A stretch of DNA of 64,000 nucleotides from Protoeuglena noctilucae (lineage: Eukaryota). Position numbers and translations under genes: made by a program. The stretch covers positions 744,001 through 808,000 of the forward strand of contig OY253686.1 of NCBI GenBank assembly GCA_958009085.1. Direction: 5' to 3'. Below are positions 14,164 to 25,715 of this stretch, piece by piece (the stretch's first letter is position 1; every line of letters starts with the position of its first letter). The notes under the pieces are model-generated. The model searched no databases. It had not been told where the DNA came from and saw only the letters and a program-made list of their open reading frames with translations.

Positions 14164-14512
14164 GACGCCTCCATAACCATTCCGCAACGCGATGAAAAGA
14201 AAAACGTGCGACCTGTTCCCTTTAACTCGCGCCGAACCCGAGTTTCACTGCGGCACGCACGGACCAGCGCTTGGGGCAGGAAAGTGGGGGATGGAGCAAC
14301 CGGATGAGCTCCCGATTTGTCGTGGCCGCTCGTCTCAGCGCCTGATAGTGCGGCACGACGATGTCAAGGCTGCGTCAGCTTTTTTCGCCAGGGAAGGCTG
14401 ACTTGGCTGACCGGCTAGCTGAGCCCCCCATCGTCGCGTGATGCGTATTACACGCACGTCGCATCGCAATCAGAATCCAACTCTAAGGGCCGTGGCTCGG
14501 AGCGCTGGGAGG

Positions 14513-15874
14513 ATGGCGGGTGCATCCTGCTGCACCCTACAGCCGCGCGCAAGCGCGTCCCCGCTCCCACGGGTGCACCCCGCATCCGTCAAAAGCGCTC
14601 GCGGGGAGAGGGCCGTTGCAAGGGCTTCCCTGGTGCGCATCGCGCGGCACCTCGCACGAGTGGGCGGATATCATCCGTCATTCAGCGGACACTGGGATCT
14701 GAGCGACAGCGATCCCACCACATGCAGGAGCCTGGAAATCTGGTGTTGGTCGTGGGGGCCACGGGTGGCGTGGGGCAGCTCGTATGTGCGAAGCTCGTGG
14801 ACCGGGGATTCTACGTCCGCGCACTCACTCGCGACGCAGCGGTGAGCGGGCGCGGAGCGATGGCCTGCATTGCCAAGCGTCGACTCGATCGTCTACACGA
14901 ACAGCTCGTCAGGCACCGCCCGTGCTCCCACACCCGGCCCGCAGAAGGCGCGGGAGCGGCTGGGTGGCGACGTCGAGCGCTTGGAGGTGGCAGTCGGTGA
15001 CACGCGGGACCCCGGCTCGCTGCCATCCGCTCTTGGTGCGTGGGAGCTGTCATGAGCGCTGGCTGACCCTGGGCTGCTGTGGCGTGAGCCTGGACCTGAT
15101 GTGCATCATGCCCAGATGGCGTGGCAGCCGTCGTGTGCTCGTCCGGCACAACGGCGTTCCCGTCCGAGCGGTGGAAGGGGGGCAACGGACCAAAGGAGAC
15201 GGATCTCGAAGGAACGACGAACCTGGTCCGTGCTTGTGCGGGGCGTCCCGGGCTGGGCCGCTTCGTGCTCGTGACGTCCTGCGGGGTCGAGCGGTATAAG
15301 GTGCTCGGCCCGTTTATGATTTTGAACGCGTTTGGCGGTGAGGAACGAAGGGCTGCCGTGACATCCATGCTCTGCGCCTCACGAATGACCTTGGCATCAA
15401 GTACGCTCCTCGTGACGGCTGTGCTTGGCTTGCTCGCAGTCCTGGAGTACAAGAAGAGATCCGAGGAGGCACTTGTTGCGAGCGGGATCCCTTATACCAT
15501 CATCCGCCCAAGCCGGCTCACGGACGGGCCCTACACCTCATACGACCTCAACACACTGCTGCGGGCGACCAGCGGCAGCAACCAGCGGGTGCAGCTCAGC
15601 GCGCGGGACGACCTGGGCAGGGGGCAGTGCTCCCGGATCGCCGTGGCCGAGGCTTGCGTGCAGGCGCTGTCAGGGCCCGAAACGGAGGGAAAGGTCCTGG
15701 CCATGGAGACGGTGGTGAGGCAATGGCGCGCGTCGCTGTCACAGCCTGGCTCCCGTATGCCCTACTACACACCCTGCTTACTCCTTGCATCCGTGTCTCA
15801 ATCTGCAGGAGGGCAGTGGCCCGGGGAGCGACCCGGCCCAGTGGCGGGCTCTCTTTCAAACGGCATTGGATTAA
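14513..15874 (+). CDS. Plastid NAD(P)-binding Rossmann protein, atypical SDR (Tic62/At4g31530-like)
   Basis: VLVVGATGGVGQLV, GTTAFPSERW, YTIIRPSRLTDGPYTSYDLNTLL and SRIAVAEACVQAL; 5 GT-AG introns. Confidence 0.9.
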
Positions 15875-16187
15875 AAGTGTCGTGCATTGTACACACGGGC
15901 GGGAGAGTGCGGCGCAAACCACCAAGGAGTGTAGTGCACGGTGTCAGTAGTAGACAGGGGATGCCGGGGACTAGGAAACGTTGGAAAGCGATAGGGACGC
16001 TCTGTGACGCCATGACGGCGCCCTTAGCTACGGTGTGAAACGGGACAGAGCCTAGCACACGCACGTCATGGTCGCAGGGTCACTAGAGTGCACGTCAGAT
16101 AGAGGTGGGGGCCGCATGGGTGATACAACTCCCGACCGTGTCACGTAGGCAAAGGCGGGGGTTAGAGCCGGGCCGCATCAGGGCGCC

Positions 16188-18708
16188 CTAGATATCAAGG
16201 CGGGCGCCCAGGTGGCCAGGGTCCGCGTGGTCCCCGTCAGGCAACTGCCCCATCTGGTCCAAGGCCCAGCCCTGCGAGGAGGCGCGCTGGCTGTCGCTGA
16301 GTCGGCGTGCGGAGTCCTGGCCAGGGCACTGCCCCGCGCCCACGATGCCATGCATCACCCCCTTGCGCCTCACCGACGGGTGCAACATGTTGCCGGGGAC
16401 GGTGGGGGTCGAGCCCTTGTCGTCGGGGCCGTCGAGGCGCGCCGAGATACGCGGGGTCGCCAGGGGCCAGTGAGGGAGGCCGGCGCTCACGTCCGGCCAC
16501 GCAGGCAGCCCCGGGCCCGGCTTGGCCCAGTCGCCCGCGGGCAGCGGCGCGCTGCCGCCGTGCCAGCCGTGCGGCAGCGGGGGTGGGAAGGGGGGCCGGA
16601 ACGCCGCGAGGTGCGGGAAGAAGTGGTCGGGGGCCGGCACCAAGGGCATGGGCGGGAAGGGCGCTCCCCCGCCGGGGATGGGGTCCGAGATGGGCCTTGA
16701 CAGGGACAGGTTAAGGGCGGAGAAGAGCCCCGTGGCGCCCCCGGTGGGCGTCTCCCCCGCGCCCGCGTCCCAGGGGCTGGGGGCCAGGGGGGCCGGGGCC
16801 GCGGACGAGATGCGGGGCGGTCCGAACGAGAAGGGCGGGGCACTGTCCAGCGGCCGGGTGTCGAGCATCCGGGTGCGCATCAGCGAGTGAGTCACTCCAC
16901 CCCCTGGCTTCCTGCAGGCAGAGGCGGCAGGAGGGGCATGGCTGTGCGCTCGTGGCGCTGAGGAAACTGAGAAAGAGCGCCAAGCGTCAGGCGCCGAGAC
17001 TTGACGCGGCTCCGCACCTCCCCAGCGCCACAAGAGCCGCCCGGCTGACGCCGTGCGCGCAGTGCGTGCCCTCGGGCTCCTCGGCTATCGTGCTGTCCTC
17101 CATCGCGTACGTGGAGGCCATGCGGCTGTCACCGAGGCCCTGCGCGGCCAGTACGTGCCGCCACGGGTCCGCCTCCCAGCCCCGCGCCTCCATCCCGTTG
17201 TTGTGCATCAGCGCATCGACGTCGCGCACCGACGGACCCCCCGCCATCAGCATCTCCGCCTGGCCCTTCAAATCGTCCTCCGGCATGTCCTCCATCCACC
17301 CAAGGCCCACGCGCAGTTTCTTGGGCAGGGGGCTCTCGTGGGAGGACGTCACCGGCCCACTCCACTCCCGACACGACTGCGAGGGCAGGGCACCTTGTTC
17401 CAGTCGAGCCGGGCCTCCCAGCAGCCCCCAAGCGCCAGACTGGTGGCTTTCCACCCACCTGGTTGCCCATGCGCGGCCACATGCCCTGGGCCAGGAGTGC
17501 TCCGTTGGCCCGGGAAGCCAGGCGGCCCGTGGTCGCACCGTTGAAAGACATGGAGCGCGGCATTCCCGGCTGGCGCCGCATCGTCGCTGCCGCTGCCGGC
17601 GGCGCCCGTATGGGCTGCTGGGGCGCCTTGTTCAGGGGCACGGGGGCGTCGTGGGGACGGATCACCGACTCGTGGCCCGACCAACCCGACCCCTTGTCCT
17701 CCAAAGCACCGCCGGGGGCGCCCGGGTCCAGTAGCAGAGGCGAGAAGGAGAAGCGGCCCAGGTTGTCGTGGGACGCGCTCTTCACGGAGCGGTGGCGCGT
17801 CCGGGCCAGCCCTGACCGCATCGAGCGCTCCTGGGGCGGGCGGGGAGGGGTGAGGCCGTCGCCCAGTGCTGAAGAGCCCTTGAACACGCGTCGCGCTGTG
17901 CCAAACAAACCCCTGACCCAACCACGAGCCTCACCTTGCCGACCGTGAAGGCGGCGTCGCGCCCACTGAGCCCCGCCCCATGCTCCGTCGCCCGCGTTCC
18001 GCTTGCTCCCTCGCGTCGGCCAACAGTCGCGCCCGTGTCGGCGTGAGCCTCCGCCCTCCGCGTCTCCCCCTCGTGCCGTCGCTGCGGGTGGGCCTGGGGA
18101 GCAGCATGCAGGGAGAGCGGCGTGCAGGCCCAAGCCGGGCCCAAGGTCGGCGGCCACGCCGCGTGAAAGCAAACACGCAGAAGCTCACCTCTGGGCTCTT
18201 ATGCCTCCGCCGCTCCTTCATCTTGGCCATCTCCACGTGCACCCGGTTAGACTTGAGAGCGCGCGCGAAGCGGACCCCACACGCGTTGCACTGCGACCAG
18301 CGCGATGCGCGGTTGCTGGCGGGAGCGTCGAGGGGCCCGGCAGTCGCGGACGACTGGCGCAGCGCTCACCAGAGTCTTGGGTCCTGCTGGGCCAGCCCTC
18401 CACATCGGCGTCTTGCTGCTGCCGCACCAGGTGCACTCCTTGGCGTGCGCCGAGCCCTCCCGCGCCGAGCCCTCCGCCTCCCGATCGGGCGACGCCATCG
18501 CACCCTGGCTCCCCGAGTCCACCATGCCCGGCTTCTTGTCCACCTGTCCTACAACCCATTCGGTCTCCACGCCGCTGAACTCGCCCGCGCTGCAGTGCTC
18601 GTGGGGCGCCCGGCCCATCGTTACCTGCTCGTCAGCGCTGGAGGGCTTCAGGGGCCCCAAGTCCCGCCCCAGGACATCCCCGCTCATGGCTTGGCTGCTC
18701 ATCAACAT
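16188..18708 (-). CDS. GATA zinc-finger transcription factor
   Basis: Spliced CTWCGSSKTPMWRAGPAGPKTL|CNACGVRF gives a C-x2-C-x18-C-x2-C finger; long Pro/Ser/Gly-rich C-terminus. A probable upstream intron spans 18709-19429, so the start is uncertain. Confidence 0.88.
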
Positions 18709-19894
18709 CTGCTCTGTCCTACGCCACCGCCGGGCGAGGCCCCGGCATGATGGTGGTACCGGAGTGACCGCCGACGCTGCGGGCGAGAGGTCGCGGGAGT
18801 GCCGGTCGGGGCGGCGGGAAGTCGCTGTCGCTTTGGATCTGACATGCAGGGCGAGCGGCCGGGGCCCCCCGGGGCGACGGGCGGGGGAGCCGACCCCGTC
18901 AGCACCCGCCACGCGACAAACAGCCCGCGCACGACAAGACTCGACAGGCGCTGGCGCCAGCTCGAGCAGCAGGACCCCTCGGACACCAAAGCAAGGCCTT
19001 GCCGCGCGCGCAGGGACCGCGGGGGGTCGCGAGCGTCACGTCCCGAACAACTGAGATGCAAGCGCGGCACGTCAGCCCGCAGATGCCGGTGTCCCGCCCA
19101 AAAAGTCGTAACGGCCCCAACGACCCCCCCAGCGAGGCGGCGAGCCCCCAGAGCCCCACAGCGCGCCTCAACGGAAACCACCGAACGTCTGAGTCGACCG
19201 ACAAGGGCCTCGCCCCACCGGCACTCGGCCGGGGATCCCCGCGCACCGTGTGCGGACGACAGGAGTCGCGAGTCACGTCAACGAGTGCCCCACGTCGCTA
19301 AAAGGGCTCCGGAGACCGCAGCCCGAGCGGGCGAGGTGAAGGGACGCCCTCGGACCAGGCTGGGCCACAGCCAAGAGGACCGACGTCGTAGGCGAAAGAG
19401 AGGGACCCCAGAGCGCATCCGCAGCTCACCTTGCGCGGTTTCAGCTGGCGGTGCCCTTGTCGCACGACGCTGGCTGCTCTCCTCCGCGGACGGCCTGGAT
19501 ACTTTTGAGGGTCGATGCGCAGACCAGAGCCGGGCGCGCAGGCCTCCTTAGGTCCCGGGAGCCAAATCTCAGGCTGCTGACGAGACGGCGGGCAGGGGCT
19601 AGCTGAGCACGCGTGGGTGGAGGGAAAGGGCGGGGCTAACTACGACGGGGGACAAGCTCGGCGAAGGGTTCACAGGGCGATGACGCCAGGAACGAATGCA
19701 GTTGGAAGTATCCCTCTCCGTCGTCGGAGATGTGAGCGACGCCAGATGCCAGAACAGCTGGGGCTCCTAACAGCCGCGAGATAGTATCAGCGTGGACGGG
19801 CGTGGAGTTCAAGGAGAGGAACGACGCTGCTCAACGCTTCAGGGGCGGCACGCCGGGCCCCGGGGCACGGGAGGCGCCGCACGCATGCGACGCT

Positions 19895-20425
19895 TCATGC
19901 CGCAGCACCCGAGCAGTGGAAGACAGAGCTGGGCAGCTTGGCGGCGTCCGCCGCGTCGTAGCACGCGCTTGGGACCGCGGCCGAGACGCACCACTCGCAC
20001 CCGTCCTTCGCGGCGCAGTCCGCCTGGCCAAGCCCCCGGCAAGACTCGCTCCTGGCCAGGCAGAGAGGGACACGGTGCTTCGGCATGACCTTCCGCGACC
20101 GCATCGACAGGACAGCCGGCGGGCACGGCGCTTCTGCGTACCTGGCCGCTGCAGCTTCGGCCCAAGCGTGCAAGCTGGGCGCGCGTCCCGCGAGACCCAG
20201 AGCGCCGGAGTCGTCCACGTTCGCCATGTTGAACGTTCGCGCGCGCCCCTTGCTCGGAGCCACGCCGAGCGCTGGGGCCGCGGGAGGAGGGCGGGCGTGA
20301 CTTCCGCGCACAGCTCATTCCAGCGCATTCGGGGCAAGCACGCGCCCTACATCGTCACCTGCTCCCATCAGGCACAAGAAGAGCGCGGTCAGCGCAAGGA
20401 GCGTCGGCGACGTGACGCCGGCCAT
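19895..20425 (-). CDS. Small secreted Cys-rich protein
   Basis: Signal peptide MAGVTSPTLLALTALFLCLMGA; two phase-compatible GT-AG introns; six-Cys C-terminal module ESCRGLGQADCAAKDGCEWCVSAAVPSACY...LPSSVFHC. Confidence 0.7.
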
Positions 20426-20845
20426 CGTTCTCGCGCCGAGCTCCCAAGTTCGGGGCTTCTCGCCAGGCTCGACAGCTCCTTGTGATGCTGCTGTCCGGAC
20501 CTTGTCTCGAAATGCAGATGCGGCGCTTGGGACGCTGAAGTCAGACGCAGGCACGGATGCCTGGATGCAGCGAAAGACTGAAGGCAAGGCGCAGGGAAGT
20601 ACTGGACAGGTCGGCTGTAACGATTCCACGGCACTGCGATTGTAACCAACCTGCAGGTGTGCGGGCTGGACGACGTGCAGATCGTGGGCACTGCCGGTTG
20701 CGCTGGCGCTGTCAGTGCGATCCTTGTTGTCCTCAAATGGGAGAAGAGACGGTGGAAACAGCGAGCAAATTCAAAAGCGTTGCAAACGCAGGGTTCAGAA
20801 TTTCGCTGGTATGGGCCTTCTCGTCTCGTAGAACTTGCGCCTTCT

Positions 20846-21669
20846 ATGCAAACGTTGCCTGGGACCGTGGCCTGCCCACGACAGCTGATGCCAAGCTTTC
20901 GTAGACGCCGTCGCCGAGCATGCATGGGCTTGGCGAGGGCGGCTGGCGAGCCATGGCAAATGATGGGCCGCGTGATGAGGCCGGACATGCTCCCGGACGA
21001 GAGCATTCGGGCGCCGCTCGTCACAGAGTTTGCCCGCCGCCAGCTGAGGGACGAGCTGGCTTGGACGGACGAGGATTTCCAGGCGGCCCTGGCACAGTTG
21101 CAGGCATGACGCCGAGGGCAGACACCAAGGCTCGACACCGAGCCGGCCAGGCACACCACAAACAGCACACGTCTTGTGCGCAGGTGCTGCTTCCTGACTT
21201 GGGTACGCGGCTGGCCGTGATGAAGGTCGACGTCCTCGTCGATCTGCTGAGGGACAGGGACCTGGTGGCGGCCCGGGTGGTGGCCTGGCGCGAGCTCCTC
21301 CCCAAGGTGCCTCGAGGCTGGCAGACAGCGACTTGCCCGGGCCATCTGCCCGTCGCTGACCCGTGTATCGCCCCGTCGCATCCGCAGGCCAACGTGTCGG
21401 CGATGATCTCTGCAGTCCCGACGCTCGTGCTGGGCGAGTTCGACGCCGCCATCAAGAACGCCCAGCGTCTCAAGACTGACTTTGGCGACGGCGTTGACGA
21501 GGTTATTGATCAGCAGTGGCTCATCCTGATCGAAGACCTCGACGTCCTGGCCGGGGAGGTGCAACGGTTGCTCGGCTTGGCCACGCGAGAGGCAGCGGTG
21601 GCCGAGATCCTGGCGCGACCTGGCATCGTTTCTAGCATCGTCTCCAATCGGGGCCTTTCTATTTGGTGA
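20846..21669 (+). CDS. Hypothetical plastid-targeted helical protein
   Basis: Arg-rich transit-like N-terminus; ...AQLQ|VLLPDLGTRL...RELLPK|ANVSAMI... Intron 21104-21183 has a GC donor and the second intron is GT-AG. Confidence 0.65.
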
Positions 21670-21798
21670 CACCATTCGACTTGTGGTTCTAGTAAGGGCG
21701 TCTCGCCGCTCAAGCTTTGCCTGCTGAAGCCAGCGGGGCGTGCACCAATCCCCACCCCCCTCCGTGCCTGGACCTGGCGGCTCTGCTTGACGCCCGCA

Positions 21799-24700
21799 AT
21801 GGGAGACGCAGAGCCGCAGTCCCACTCCGGCGCGGTGGCCGAGGACGGCCTGGGCGAGCTGTCCATTGCCTCGCTTCCGCTCGACGTACTTTTTACAATC
21901 TACAAGCTGCTTCCTACGAACACGGCGCCCGGAGGCCGTGAAACGACGGACTCGAAAGCTTTCCTACTCGTTTGCAAGTGCGTTGCGTCGTCTCGTCCGC
22001 CGCAACCAGCCATCATGGGGAGCTCTGCTTTCCTGCACCCAACCTCCGCGATCGCTCGACCACTCGCCCGCTGCTTCGTACAGGGCTTTTCGAGACGCCG
22101 TTCGGCAGTGCGCAACGTACGCCGCCATCGACTCGGAGCGGCAATTGGCCGAGCTGACTGCGTTTCTCCCGCTCTACCGCTCGGTCAAGTCGCTCGTCTG
22201 CACGAACTGCGTCCTGGACGACGCCGCGCTGGTCAACATCACGAGCATGAAGCCGAGGTGTGCGCTGCGGCCGTGCGATGGCTCCCGCTGCCCGGCGCCC
22301 CCCCACCGCCCCAACGCGCTGCACCGTGTGAGAGCGGATCGCCCCCGCAGATCGCTGACGCTGACTGGGAGCGTCTTCAGCTCGCTCACGTCGGCGGGTC
22401 TTCTGCAGTCACTGCGGAACCTGGGCGGGTCTCTGGAAGTGTTGGAGCTGGTCGTGTGTGAGATGACTGACGCGTCGCTGCGTGCCCTGTCCGGCTTCTG
22501 CACGGGGCTCAAGGAGCTCGTCCTGGAGGACAACCCGGCGGTCACGGACGAGGGCCTGAGCGCCCTCGCCGGCATGCCGAGCCTCGAGCGCCTGTCCCTC
22601 AGCGACTGCGAGTGCGTGACGGATGACGGCGTCTGCCGCCTCCTCGCAGCCCTCCCGCGCCTCACCTGGCTCGGCCTGGGCGGCTGCGACCGCCTCACGG
22701 ACGTGTCCGCCGCCGCCATCGCACGCCTGACCGGCCTCCGCACCCTGGATCTCTCGGGCTGCTTCAACATGACGTCCGCGGGCATCCGAGGCCTCAGCCA
22801 GCTCACGCGCATGGAGGAGCTGTTCCTGGTGAGGGCGCGGTGGATCATGCGGCGCCGTGACGGGCACCTCGTCGGTGTTCATTTCCTCACTGCTCCCCGC
22901 ACGGCCCATACGGCCATGTCGCCGAGATTTGATCCCTCTCTTCTCCCCTGGCAGGCGGACCACCCGTTGGAGCTGACGGGCGAGGCGGTCAAAGACCTGG
23001 TGGCGGCCATGCCCAGCCTGGTCAGCCTCGTTTTAACCAACTGCCGGGAGATGGAGGGCGAGGGCCTCGTGGGCCTGTCCCAGCTCCAGCACCTGACCGA
23101 GCTCGACGTGTCTGACTGCGACCTGGTGGATGACGCGGTGTTGGAGGCGTGCGGGCACTGCCCCGCGCTGCGCAAGCTGTGCCTGGCGGGGACGAGCGTG
23201 TCGGACGCGGGGCTGGCGGCGTTGGCGGGAGACGACGGGGACGATGATGGTGGGGGACAGGGGGAGGGGGGAGCGCCATTGCCGCCCATCGAAACGCTCG
23301 ACCTGGCGGACTGGTGAGTGGGCGGGCGGGAGTATGCTTTGATGCCAACCCCACATGCGCCCCCGTCGTGCTCTCATGTGCCGCCCCGCCCGGCCCCTGC
23401 AGCCCCAACATAGCAGGTCCCGGGTTCGAGTCCCTGCGTCGTCTGACGACGCTCAAGGACGTGTTGCTGGAGGGCAACGAGCAGCTGACGCTGACGTCCC
23501 AGTGGATGCATGGCCTGCAGCTGCGGGAGCTGGAGGCCCACAGCTGCGGCGTGGATGGGCCCGTCGTGGAGGCCATCTCTCGCATGTCGGAACTGCGCAC
23601 CCTGAACATCTCGGAGTGCCACGGGGTGTCGGCCAGGCGAGGGGGGTGGCGCGCATGGGGACTAACCGGCCGGTGAATCGCTCAGCCCGTTTGCTAGCCC
23701 TGAACTGCTGACCCTTAGCTCTGGTTTGCCCCCGCAGCGACCTGCTTCATCTGACGCAAATGACGAGCCTCTACACGCTGCACCTGTGTGGTTTGGAGGA
23801 CCTGGTCACGGATAGCTTGGTGATTGCCCTGGTGCAGGCGTGCCCGGACCTGCAGAATGTGGGCCTGGCGCGGAGCGACATCACCGACGAAGCCCTGAAG
23901 GTGACACAGCGGGCGCGGACTCATACCCACGCTCGAGTCACCGTGCGGCTCTTGCTGATGACGTCGGGCTTGCCACCACACAAGGGCTCAAGTGCTTACG
24001 CGGCACCTCATAACGGCACAGTCCCGTCTCCCACTGCCACCCCCTCGTGCGCCCGCAGGCCGTGGTGGGCCTCAAGTACCTCAAGCTGCTGGACGTGAGC
24101 GACTGCGACGCCATCACGGGCCACGGCTTCGCCCACCTCCCCGACAGCCCCGTGCTAGAGGACCTCAACGTGTCGCTGTGCCACAAGATCCAGGACAGCG
24201 CCCTGCGCCACATATACCGGGCCAAGAGCCTCAACGCCCTCTCCCTGGCCGAGTGCTGGAACCTCACCAACGCCGCCATGCGGGTGAGGGGCGGGGAGGC
24301 GGCGCGTGGGGAGTTGCTAGCTGAATGGCGAGTTACTAGAAACATACATACGGGACACTCGGCTGTTGTCGCCTGTTTGCTTGGTGCTGTGGCAATTCTA
24401 ACACTGTGACGGTCCGCGTGCTGTGCATGCGAGAGCCCTTGCGCTGTGACGTTGCCTGCCTCGTCTCACTTGACTATCACCCACGCCCACCCCTCCCATG
24501 TGTTTGGACCCCAGGGTCTCTCCTCCTTGGGGCACCTGCGGAGGCTGGATCTGACCAAGTGCACGCTGCTGGACAACGGCGGCCTCTCGGCCCTGCGCCA
24601 CCTCCACCGCCTGGACAACCTCCAAATCGCGGACAACCGATCCGTCAACGCCCGCGGCCTCACCAGCCTCACGCACCTCTCCTCCACCCTCACCAACCTG

Positions 24701-25554
24701 GACATCTCTGGCATCAAGGTGAGCTATGGATAGCCATGGGCAGCGGAGGGACGCCAGCGTGTCGTAGCTGCCTCTGCCTCTCGACTGCCCAGCGTGTAAC
24801 TGTTACGACTGCCACATGATGTCGTCGCAGCTGCCACACTCCATTCTCACAAGTGCCACGTAACACCCTCACACCCACCGCTTGCGACTTTTATCCCTCC
24901 TTCCCCCGCAGATCTCGGATGGGGGGTTCCGCCAGCTCTCCGGCCTCACGGCTCTCGAAAAACTCGTCTGCGAGGCCACCGGCCTGCGTGGCGACGGCTT
25001 CAAGTACCTCAGCGGCCTGCGTCGCCTGACCGACATCACCGTCAGCCACTCCCAGCGGATGAACAACGCGGGGTTCCGCAATATTGTGGCCCTGCGGTCG
25101 CTCATGACCATTGACATGCAGTCGTGCCGCGGCGTGTCGGACTACGGCATCCAAGTGCTCACGAGGTGAGGCGCACACAGGGTGGGGTGACTGTTACGAT
25201 TGGGTGACTGCCTCTATGATCCTGAGACTGGCCGACACCGGTTTGCCAGGTAGCCCCACTGGCTAACTGCTAGGCGCCCGGCAGTGCGCCTCATTGGTCC
25301 CTAACCCACTCTCTTCCCCTGTCTCTGGGCGCAGGCTGACCAATTTGCGGGAGCTGAACGTGTCGGACTGTCCAAATATCACGATGGTGGCCATCCAGGA
25401 GATCCAAGCCATGCCGACCGTCCAGGACGTGGTGTGGACGGGCGTGGCGGACAATGGGGATTTCCTGGGGGTGCATTTCCCAGACGACGAGGATTTCCAG
25501 GACGCAATGGAGTCGGACGATGAGGACACGGGCAGCGACATGGGCGGGGCGTGA
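21799..25554 (+). CDS. F-box-like/LRR (cysteine-containing, AMN1-type) repeat protein
   Basis: N-terminal SIASLPLDVLFTIY (F-box-like) and many LxxLxLxxCxxVTDxGL repeats over 10 exons; acidic tail. Confidence 0.85.
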
Positions 25555-25715
25555 GGCGAGAGCAGATGGAGGCCCGGTACACGCAGGGCATGGGCGTGGC
25601 ATGCAGGGCGTGGGCGTGGTAATTGGTTGATTTCACAAAGGTGTAATTTGAACGGTCTGCTGGTGACATCCACCCGCGCACGTGCAGCCACGGCCACCCA
25701 TGCGAGCTACGGCGC

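Noticed and set aside
23415..23434. GGTCCCGGGTTCGAGTCCC resembles a tRNA T-arm/B-box
   Set aside because: No D-arm, anticodon arm or acceptor stem; it lies in a coding LRR exon (AGPGFESL).
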